A DNA stretch of 64,000 bases from Stegostoma tigrinum (taxonomy: Eukaryota): contig NC_081394.1 in the NCBI RefSeq assembly GCF_030684315.1, positions 5,612,163 through 5,676,162 of the forward strand. The letters are read 5' to 3'. The position numbers and the translations under genes are program-made. Positions 11,965-22,900 of the stretch are shown here, one piece after another (position 1 is the stretch's first letter; every line of letters begins with the position of its first letter). The notes under the pieces were generated by a model. That model was given only the letters and a program-made list of their open reading frames with translations. It made no database searches and had not been told where the DNA came from.

Positions 11965-14695
11965 CCGCTCACTGCTGACACCGACATTGCTCCGTCTACA
12001 GCCAGCAACCCCAGAGAAGATAGCCACACTGAGCCCTGCCAAATTTTCACCATTCCCCCAGATCTCTCCCTGACTGAGGACAAACGGTCAGTCCTCAGCG
12101 AGGGGCTCACCTTTTCCTCCCCCTCCACCTACACATCAACGAATACCAGTCACGTTTGGACATCGAGCCGTTTTTTTCGTCGCCTTTGCCTCCACGCTTA
12201 CTTCTCTAACCGTGAGCCTAACCCTCCCTCTACTGACCCCTTCTCCTGCCTCCAACACATCCCCTCCTCCTGGACACCACCCCCAGGCGTCCTACCCTCC
12301 CTTGACCTCTTCATCTCCAACAGCCGACGAGACATTAACCGCCTCAACCTCTCCACCCCTCTCACCCACTCCAACCTCTCCCCCGCAGAACGGGCAGCCC
12401 TCCGCTCCCTCCGCTCCAACCCCAACCTCACCATCAAACCCACAGACAAGGGTGGCGCAGTGGTAGTGGAGCGCACTGACCTCTACATCGCCGAGGCCAA
12501 ACGCCAACTCTCCGACACCTCCTCCTACCGCCCCCTGGATCATGACCCCACACCCGAACACCAAACCATCATCTTCCAAACCATTCACAACTTCATCACC
12601 TCAGGTGACCTCCCACCCACAGCCTCCAACCTCATCGTTCCCCAACCCTGCACGGCCCGTTTCTATCTCCTTCCTGAAATCCATAAACCCTCCTGCCCTG
12701 GTCAGCCCATTGTCTCAGCCTGTTCCTGCCCCACCGAACTCATCTCCACCTATCTGGACTCCATTTGCTCCCCCTTGGTCCAGGAACTCCCTACCTACGT
12801 CCGTGACACCACCCACGCCCTCTGCCTCCTCCAGAACTTCCAATTCCCTGGTCCGCAACACCTCATTTTCACCAAGGATATCCAGTCCCTATACACCTGC
12901 ATTCCCCATGCAGATGGCCTAAAAGCCCTCCACTTCTTCCTATCCTGCTGACCTGACCAGTCCCTCTCCACCGACACCCTCATCCGCCTAGCCTCGCCAA
13001 ACTCGTCCTCACCCTCAACAACTTCTCTTTTGATTCCTCCCACTTCCTACAGACAAAGGGATGGCCATGGGTACCCACATGGGCCCAAGCCAAGCCTGCC
13101 TCTTTGTAGGTTATGTGGAACAGTCCCTCTTCCGTACCTACACAGACCTCAAACCCCACCTCTTCCTCTGTTACATTGATGACTGTATCGGAGTCACCTC
13201 TTGCTCCCAAGAGGAGCTCGAACAGTTCATCCACTTCACCAACACCTTCCACCCCAACCTTCAGTTCACCTGGACCATCTCCAGCACATCCCTCACCTTC
13301 CTGGACCCCTCTGTCTCCATCTCAGGCAACCACCTAGAAACCAAGATCCATTTCAAGCCCACCGACTCCCACAGCTACCTAGAATACACCTCCTCCCACC
13401 CACCCTCCTGCCAAAATTCCATCCCCTATTCCTAATTTCTTCGCCTCCGCTGCATCTGCTCCCAAGATGAGGCATTCCACTCCCGTACATCTCAGATGTC
13501 CTCATTCTTCAAGGACTGCAACTTCCCCCCTGCAGTGGTCATGATCGCCCTCGACCGTGTCTCCCGCATTTCCCGCAACTCATCCCTCACACCCCGTGCC
13601 CGCAATAACTGCCAAAAGAGAATCCCCCTCGTCCTCACATACCACTCCACCAACCTCTGGATACAATGCATTATCCTCCAACACTTCCGCCATTTACAAT
13701 CCGACCCCACCACCAAAGACATTTTTCCATCCCCACCCTTGACTGCCTTCCGGAGAGACCACTCTCTCCACGACTCCCTTGCCCGCTCCACACTCCCCTC
13801 CAACCCCACCACACCCAGCAATTAGCCTTGCAACTGCAGGACTACACTTGCCCCAACACCTCCTCCCTCACCCCCCTCCCAGGCCCCAAGAAGACTTACC
13901 ACATCAAGCAGATGTTCACCTGCACATCTGCTAATGTGGTATATTGTATCCGCTGTACCCGGTGTGGCTTCCTCTACATCGGGGAAACCAAGCGGAGGCT
14001 TGGGGACCACTTTGCAGAACACCTCCGCTCGGTTCGCACTAAACAACTGCACCTCCCAGTCGCAAACCATTTTAACTCCCCCTCCCATTCTTTAGATGAC
14101 AATTCCATCCTGGGCCTCCTGCAGTGCCACAATGATGCCACCCGAAGGTTGCAGGAACAGCAACTCATATTCCACTTGGGAACCCTGCAGCCCAATGGTA
14201 TCAATGTGGATTTCACAAGCTTCAAAATCTCCCCTCCCCCCACCACATCCCAAAACCAGCCCAGCTCATCCTTGCCTCCCTAACCTGTTCTTCCTCTCAC
14301 CTATCCCCTCCTTCCACCCCAAGCCGCACCTCCATTTCCTACCTACTAACCTCATCCCACCTCCTTGACCTGTCTGTCCTCCCTGGACTGACCTATCCCC
14401 CCCCCCCCCCCCTCTACCTCCCCACTTGCACTCACCTCTACTGGCTCCATCCCTGCCTGTTTAACTTGTCTATCTCCTCTCCACCTATCTTCTCCTCTAT
14501 CCATCTTGGATCCGCCTTCCCTTCTCTCCCTATTTATTTCAGAACCCTCTCCCCATCCCCCTCTCCAATGAAGGGTCCAGGCCCAAAATGTCAGCTTTTG
14601 TGCTCCTAAGATGCTGCTTGGCCTACTGTGTTCATCCAGCTCCACCCTTTGTTATCTCAGATTCTCCAGCATCTGCAGTTCCCATTATCTCTCTC
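11965..14695 (+). mobile_element. Penelope-like element (Neptune type), RT plus GIY-YIG, degenerate
   Basis: KPTDKGGAVVV, GMAMGTHMGP, YIDD, FTCTSANVVYCIRC..C..LYIGET.RRL..HF.EH; 3' terminus with degenerate hammerhead. Confidence 0.93.
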
Positions 14696-15019
14696 GACCT
14701 GAAACATCAGCTTTCCTACTCCTCCGACGCTGCCTGGCCTGCTGTGTTCCTCCAGCTCCACCTTTTGACCAGTATCTCGCTGTGTTCTCCCAGCATGTGT
14801 CCAAATGAGAAAGTGATTCAAAATGCTGACCCCCTACTCAGTCCTGACAAATACCCAGAGCAAGCTGCTTTTAGTTGAGGTTCTTGCATGTCTCAGCTTT
14901 AACCTTCCCACAGAAATGAAAGCAGTGAGTTACTGATCAGGGTATCCATGTGAAACTTAGGATGTAGTGTATCAGCAGGGAGATTATATCTGTGGATAAA
15001 TACATTCACTCTTTTCCAG

Positions 15020-15547
15020 GTGACTCGCCTGTCCTAGTTTCTGGGTTCACTGGGGAGTAGCTTGTGCTGCCCTGTACCTGGAAACGGAATTTACAGGTAA
15101 TCTGGAGGGCACCTAAGAAGAAAATTGTCCAAAAATTTCTCAATGGGAAAGATGAGTTGAGAGAACAAGACCCACAGTTCAGAAACCAAATGGATGAAGG
15201 GTCTGGGCCTGAAACATCAGCTTTTGTGCTCCTGAGATGCTGCTTGGCCTGCTGTGTTCATCCAGCTCCACACTTTGTTATCTCAGAAATAAAATAAGCC
15301 TGTTCAAAGATCAACTGTTACAAGGCACCTGGTCAGCTGTGATCTCTGGCCGCATGAAATCAGACCATGAGGAATATATTAGAGACAAACAAAACTGCAG
15401 ATGCTGGAATCCAAAGTTGACAAACAAGACGCTTGAAGAACACGGCAGATCTGGAGGCAACGAAGAGTCAACGTTTTGCATAATACCCTTGTTCAACATG
15501 TCAGATTTCTGAGAGAACGAATCAACATGTTAATCTTTCTGTAACAG
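15020..15547 (+). pseudogene. Disrupted B7-like IgV exon of gene A
   Basis: Acceptor cttttccag; upstream intron homologous to 47410-47490 and 50880-50900; in-frame stop and two insertions. Confidence 0.85.
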
Positions 15548-16414
15548 GTGAGAGGTTATTGTGTATTTAATCACTGCTTTTATTTGGGATGGTAGTGCAG
15601 GGTTTACATTATAAGAGGAGTAAACCAAAGGTGTGGACTAATAATCAAGAGAATGACTTCAAATTCCAACATGACATGTTGGGAATTTAAGTTCAGTGTA
15701 TTGATTAAAAGCATAACTCAGTAATAAACCCGACTGTGCGAGCTGAGCCCTGAGGACAGAGCTACCAAACTGGGTGATGGAAGGGGTTAACAGTGTGAGA
15801 AACTGCACTCCCTCCCCAGGAACATGGTTCTTCTGTCTCCAGAGCATGGTGTGCAGAAGGCAGGAATCACAGCATGCCCCAATCAGCCTTTGCAAAGCCC
15901 AGTGCACTGAGCTTGAAAGTGTGTGCCAATCGGCCGAGGATCCTGTGAGGATTGTTCCCACAGGTGGGTGTAAGCAGCTGAGAATGATCCTACTCAAGGA
16001 AAGCACGGAAAACTTCCATCCTACCCTTTTCGTGATCCCCCTCGTGATCAGTTTGACCCGGAGCTCAGTCCTGCCTCGAATGTATTTCTCTGAGGCCCGA
16101 GATAGTCTCTGAACATTGAATGGTCGATTGGTGTTGCTTTCACAGGCCTGTTCAAGTAAAGCACAGAACCTTGTGACAACAAGCCTGAGACAAAGATGCT
16201 GGCCAGGGAACATAGTGGAATGTTGAAATGGCCATTGGCACAATGTTTGGGCCCACGTCTTGTGGACGGTACAGCAAAATGCCACCACTCGTCATATATT
16301 TCCCTCCCGTCCCTTGTCAAAATTCTGCAGGAACCTTGCGGGACATGCTGGTCCGCTCCTCCTCCACTCACGTCTCCTCCTCACACTATGCGGCATCTTC
16401 CCATCAATCACAGA

Positions 16415-16545
16415 AGTTTTGGGGTCCTTGGCGGACGGGTTGTGCTGCCCTGTACCTACGAAGGGAATGCCCCTGTCTCTAATTTACTGGCACTGAGGAA
16501 TGCCCAAGAGTGAAGTTGTCCACGAGTTTGTCAATGGAACCGATT
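16415..16545 (+). pseudogene. Truncated 5' half of a third IgV exon
   Basis: SFGVLGGRVVLPCTYEGNAPVSNLL, then a frameshift and W->TGA, then GMPKSEVVHEFVNGTD; no acceptor and no 3' half. Confidence 0.8.
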
Positions 16546-16892
16546 CCGCTCTGTTTACATTCTCCCCCCTCGCTATCCAAGTGATCTGTGGATCAACTGA
16601 GGGAGGGCGCGGTGGTGGGGGGAGGGTCAGATGAAACATTGAAAAGGGGGTTCGACCGAGACTGCGGGGCGGATCTAAAAAGGGGGATAAATAATGGTCC
16701 CTCAAGATGTATTTGGCGAACGGCAAGAAAACAGTCATTTTAGTCACTGCGTGACTTCCGTGTCTCCATGTCCCAGCCCTTCTCATGGGCTGTATCTGTC
16801 AGTCACCGCCAGGGGGTTGGACCGGATGATCTACTCGATCAGGAAGGGAATCTGTTGAAAAGGAGCTCACTGTATTTTTGTTCTTGCTGTAG

Positions 16893-16938
16893 GGGCACGC
16901 CTCCCAGAAACTACTCCCGTTGGTGAATGCTGTTACAG
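16893..16938 (+). CDS. Gene B leader-type exon (GHASQKLLPLVNAVT), shortened
   Basis: ttcttgctgtag| 46 bp |gttagtgctgtgact, phase 0-1; homologous to 53303-53360. Confidence 0.55.
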
Positions 16939-19900
16939 GTTAGTGCTGTGACTACTAGAACTTTTCACAAGTAATCCAAGGCTGGGGGTGGGGGCATCAG
17001 GAATTCCCCGTGCTTTAGGGTGCTGTGTGAACTGCAAGTTGAGGGAGTGGGCACACCACAGACTGTGATCATGAAAGAGAGCTGAAACGGAGGCGCAGAA
17101 TTAGATTAATACCTGGGATGTGAAAATTGGTACCTGGGCGATGAGCAACAGTCGGTGACACTGGGATGGCAGAGCCTGGTCCCGTGGAACTGGGCTGGAC
17201 CCCTGAGCAGAAAGAGTAGGCTTTAGCGACAGCCCTGGGATCAAATAGAACGGGGACTAGCGGAGAGTGAATGGAGATTAGGGTGTGGATCCTGGCAGAA
17301 GGTGACAGTACTGGGAGAAGGAGGGAAGCAAGGATCCACAGAATAAACCTGTTCAAAAATCAATCGAATCAGGCAGCAAGAACAGAACCAGTGTGTCTGA
17401 CTTTGAGTGGGATTGTGTGCACATTAATCAAAATGTTCATCTCTCTCTGTGACACGTGAGAGGTTTTTGTTTGACAGGGAGATTGGTGACACTTCCTACT
17501 TTTGGAATTCTTGGTGAGTGCCCACTTCATTGCTCAGTGACCCTGGAGGAGGCCTATGTGAGGCAGATGGACTGAATAGCCTGTTTCTGTGTTGTTGCTA
17601 CAATGTAAGGATGAAACCACCAGTTTCCTATTCTAGCTCACCATTGCTGCCCAGTGAAGCCCCTGGTGGAATGTTTAAATGCTGAGGACAGGGCTGGGTA
17701 TAGATGTGATGCCTCTTGTAGTTGAGTAGCCATACTCCTACAGCATGGAAACAGTCCCTTTGGCCCAACCCTTCAATGCCGACCAAATTTCCCAAATGAC
17801 CTAGTTCAGCCTGCCTGCTGTCACATGCGGGGAACCTGTTACAACTGCCTTCCAGGGTAAAGACTTTGAGAAATCTAAAAGCAGAGGGGTCGTGACCTCA
17901 TTGAATGAATGAACGGAATCAAGGGGCTGAATGGCCACTTTCTGTTCCTGTGAGAGTGGTAGTTGGGTGGCATCACGAAGGGTGATTGTAAGGGGCGGCT
18001 CAGTGGCTAGCACTGCTGCTTCCCAGCACCAGGGACCCAGGATCAATTCCAGCCTCAGGCTGTGTGGAGTTTCCACTTTCTCCCCATGTCTGCGTGGGTT
18101 GCCTCCAGGTGCTCCGGTTTGTCTCAAAGATGTGCACGCCAGATGGATTGGCCATGCTAAATTGCCCATAGTGTTCAGTGCTGTCTAGATTAGGTAGGGG
18201 AATGGACCTGTGTCGGATGTTCTGAGGGTCAGTGTAGGCTTGTTGGGTCGAAGGGCCTGTTTCCACACTGTAGGGACTCTCTGATTCTATGGTGTATGAA
18301 AATATATTACATTTTGCTGAGGTCATACCTGGAACATTGCTTAGTTTCTCTCCTCCCCCGAGTCAGGATAGACTTAACTTGGAGGATGAGCAGCAGAGAT
18401 TCACCAGGCTGATTCCTGGGATAAGGGGATTATCCAATGAAGAGAGAATGAGTGGAATGGGTTCATATTCCCTGGTGCTTAGAAGAATGAGAGGTATTTT
18501 CATTGAAAGGGATGAATTCCTTACGGGGTTGTCTCTACTTCACCCCCCACGACCCTGAGATGTAGAAATAGGAGTTGCGGTTAACAGTCGCAGTGTAAGC
18601 TGTTTTGAATCAGAAGGGAAGTTCCATTTATCAAATTCTTGGAATTCTCTTCCCCCAGAGAGCTGAGACTGCTCAATGTTCAAGTATTTTCAAGACTAAA
18701 CTAATATCAGGAAATTTTGTGCATTAGGAGATAAGATGGGTAGGTGAGGTGGAACAATGGGTGAGGCGGGGGGGGCGGAAAGAAATTAAAAAGTTGCTTG
18801 ACAATGTTTGTTTCATTTCTTTTCAGTACCTACTGAAGCACCAGCAAATATAATGATGAATAAATGTGTGACCAAGGATCAGAGGCCAGTCCTTAAATGT
18901 GGATTAACCGAGATAGTTTGCAATGGCTCAAGTTGCACTGCGAATTATAGGGCATATTTTAATCAGTCCAGTTGCTGGTATGTGTGCATTGCAGATGTTC
19001 AATATCTGAAAGACTCATCTAAAGGTGATCTTATTCTTGAATTTGGGAACATGGAGTCCTCAGAAGCGTTATTCCTCCGGTTCAGGACAGATCATGGTGA
19101 GTTTAGCAGAATGAGCGTTCCATTGTCTGTGCTTCAAATGCTTTTCCCCCTCCAATGAAAATTCACTTTGCTGGCCTGAGAATCCCACCCCGGGGTGGGG
19201 TGGGAAGAATGTGAAAGCTCCTCGTCTTTTATTACTTTTACGTAACAAAGAACTGAAGTATCAAGTGCTAAGAATCCACTTACCAACACAGCTGTGAAAT
19301 CACTCACTCTTCCCCCCCACCGCTCCCCAAAATAAATCTCCAACTCACCTTCCCAGCTTGGAGAGGTATTGGCCATCCCTTCATCGTTTGACTCCAAATC
19401 CTGGAACCTANNNNNNNNNNNNNNNNNNNNNNNNNNNNNNNNNNNNNNNNNNNNNNNNNNNNNNNNNNNNNNNNNNNNNNNNNNNNNNNNNNNNNNNNNN
19501 NNNNNNNNNNNNNNNNNNNNNNNNNNNNNNNNNNNNNNNNNNNNNCCAGATCCTACTGGGAGGTTCACATGAATAACTGAGTCAGTACCTTCCCTTCCAA
19601 TTGCTCCTAGCTCCTTGGATATATTTCCAAGTAAGGATTGAGAGGGACTTGGAGAGAAACTTGTAGTGGGCGTTGCTCTTCCCCTGTATCTGCTGCCCTT
19701 GTCCTTCTTGATGGAAATAGTTGTCAGCGTTCCCTCCAGTTTTGATTTTGCCTGCGTTAGCCCCCAAGGGCTGTGTGCGGCCATGAACTTTCACACCTGG
19801 AGGTCCGTGCCACCATCCTTGTTCCAACACCAGTCAGTGTGCAGAAACCCAGCAAGACTGCAACTTTAGAGAGAACGCCTTTGGCCAAGGGTTTGGGAAG

Positions 19901-22900
19901 CGTTGTCTGAGGAGCCTTGGTTTAATTTCTAATGTGATTCTTTGTAGCTACTGAGTGTCAGTAGTGGAGAGAGTGGATGTGTGCAATTGTAGTGGCAATC
20001 AAGTAGGCCAATTGACCTGGATGATGTAAAGCTTCTTGAGTGTGGAGCTGCACAGGGAATTATTTTTAATTCCAAGAGAGCGGTGAACCTTTGAGAGTTT
20101 TCTAGCACAGAGAGCTGTGAATGCTCTGTCCATTGAGCATGTTTAAGATAGAGGGTAAGGCCATTGAATGTCAAGGGGCGATGGATAGATTCTCTCTCAG
20201 TGGTAACCCCCAGGATGTTGATAGTGGCGGGATTTAAGGAATGAAGGGCAACGGGGAGAGTGCGGGTAAGTGGAGTTGAAATGCCCATGATTAAATGGCA
20301 GAGTGGACCCGATGGGTCGAATGGCCTTACTTCCACTCCTATGTCTTATGGTCTATCCAGGCAACTGGGGAGTGTTCCATCACAGTCCTGACTTGTGCCT
20401 ATGTAGATGGTAGACAGACTCTGGCAGGGTCAAGAGGTGAGTACCTTGCTTCAGGATTCCCAGCATCTGAACTGCTCTTGATATCACCATATTTATGTGG
20501 TGAGGCTGTTCAGTTTCTGGTCAATGGTAACTCCAACGTTATTGATAGTAGGCGATTCAGTGATGGTAATGTCATTGAGCATCAAGAAGAAACGTTTAGG
20601 TTATCTTTTATTGGAGATGGTCATTGCCTGGCATTTGTGTGGCATGACTGTTATTTGCCACTTGTCAGCTCAAGCCTGGATACTGTCCTGATCTTGTTGC
20701 ATTTGGAAATGGACTGCTTCAGTAGCTGAGGAGCAGCAAGTGGTGCTGAACTTTGTGAAACCATCAGCGAACATCCCCACGACAGCCTACATGGAGGTGA
20801 GGTTATTTGATGTAGCAGCTGAAGACAAGGTCAGACACCACTCGACACCAGGTGATAGCCTAACAGGTTTATTTGAAAACACAAGGTTTCGGGACGTAGC
20901 CCTTTTTGTCGGGTGAAGTGAGTTTAAATTTCTGCATTCTGTGTGCATCTTTCTCTCTCTTCACCTGCCGAAGGGCTATGCTCCAAAAGCTTGTGTTTTC
21001 AATTAAGCCTCTTGGACTATAACCTGGTGTTGTATGATTTCTGACCTCGTCCGTGCCAGTCCAACACCGGCACCTCCACATCACACTTGGGGCTAGGACA
21101 CTATCCTGAGGACCTTCAGCAGAGATTTCCTGGAGGTGGGATAACTGAGCTGTGACCATCTTTCTATATACCAGGTATGACAAACCAATGGAGAGATTCT
21201 GCCCCACTGACTCCAGTTTTCTTTGGATAGTGCTAAACAAATATTTGTCATCTGTTTTCACTCAGGAAAAGGAGAATATTGTAGAGAAGAAGACTGAGTT
21301 ATGGGCTATTAGAATTGAAGGGATTGAAGTTAGTAGGAGGAGGTGTTATCAATTCGAGAAGGTGTGAAGGTAGATAAAACCCCTGGGCCAGATGGGATCT
21401 TTCCAAGGATTCTCTGGGAAACTAGGGAGGAGATGGCGGAGCTTGTGGCCTTGATATTTGAATCATCATTGTCTACAGGTTTAGCACCAGAGGACTGGAG
21501 GATTGCAAATGTTGTGCCCTTGTTCAAGAAGAGCAGTAGAGATGACCCAGGTAATTATAGACCAGTCAGCAACAATTTGATTAGATAGTCAACATGAATT
21601 TGTCAAGGGCAGGTTGTGTCTCACAAACCTCATTGAGTTTTTTGAGAAGGTGACCAAGCATGTGGATGAGGGTAGGGCAGTTGATGTGGTGTACATGGAC
21701 TTCAGTAAAGCCTTTGATAAGGTTCCACATGGTAGGCTATTGGAGAAAATGCGGAGGCACGGGATTGAGGGAGATATAGCAGTTTGGATTGGGAACTGGC
21801 TTTCTGTAAGAAGGCAACAAATGGCGGTTGATGGAAAATATTCAGCCTGGAATCCGGTTACCAGTGGTGTGCCTCAAGGATCTGTTTTGGGACCACTGCT
21901 GTTTGTCATTTTTATAAATGACTTGGGCGCAGGCATAGGTGGATGGGTTAGTAAGTTTGCAGATGACACTAAAGTCGGTGGAGTGGTGGACAGTGTGGAA
22001 AAATGTTACAGGTTGCAGGGAGACTTGGATAAACTGCAGAATTGGGCTGAAAGGTGGCAAATGGAGTTTAATAGGGATAAATGTGAGGTGATTCACTTTG
22101 GGAAGAATAATAGGAAGTCAGAATACCGGGTCAATGGAAAGATTCTTGGTAGTGTGGATGTGCAGAGGGATCTTGGTGTCCATGTACATGGATCAAGATG
22201 GCTTACGGTGTGTTAGGTTTTATTGGTAGAGGGATTGAGTTCGGGAGCCGTGATGTGATGCTGCAACTGTACAAAACGCTCGTGCGGCCTCACTTGGAAT
22301 ATTGCGTGCAGTTCTGGTCGCCCCATTACAGGAAGGATGTGGAAGCATTGGAAAAGGTGCAGAGGAGAGTTACCAGGATGTTGCCTGGTCTGGAGCGAAG
22401 GTCTTATGAGGAAAGGCTGAGGGATTTGGGTCTGTTCTCATTGGGAAGAAGAAGGCTAAGGGGGGATTTAATAGAGACATACAAGATGATCAAAGGATTA
22501 GATAGGGTGGACAGTGAGAGTCTTTTTCCTAGGATGATGACGTTGGCTTGTCCAAGGGAGCATAGCTGCAAATTGAGGGGTGATAGATTTAAGACAGATG
22601 TCAGAGGCAGGTTCTTTACTCAGAGAGTGGTAAGGGCGTGGAACGCCCTGCCTGCCAATGTAGTTAACTCAGCCACATTAGGGGCATTTAAACAGCCCTT
22701 GGATAAGCATATGGATAATGATGGGATATTGTAGGGGGAGGGGCTTAGATTAGTTCACAGGTTGGCACAACACCGAGGGCCGAAGGGTCTATTCTGCTCT
22801 GTATTGTTCTATACCTTGATGCCATGCTGTTTTAAATGCAGCCTTAATATCGAGGCCTGTCACTCTCTCCTCACCTCCTGGATGTCAGCTCTTTTGCACA

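Larger units (their letters stand above)
8266..15547 (+). pseudogene. Gene A pseudogene: putative start exon 8266-8349, frameshifted leader exon 8787-8839, disrupted IgV exon 15020-15547
   Basis: Leader exon is 53 bp (family is 58 or 46 bp, phase 0-1). IgV GDSPVLVSGFTGE*LVLPCTW...QDPQFRN has TAG at 15058-15060 and two short-element insertions (15193-15284, about 15382-15500); donor ACAG|gtgag. Confidence 0.8.
15193..17855 (+). repeat. Right (donor) arm of the 2663-bp inverted duplication
   Basis: Reverse complement of 4181-6843; continuous with the gene A IgV exon upstream. Confidence 0.97.

Noticed and set aside
19134-19784. 216-aa ORF
   Set aside because: Artefact of translation through the N gap
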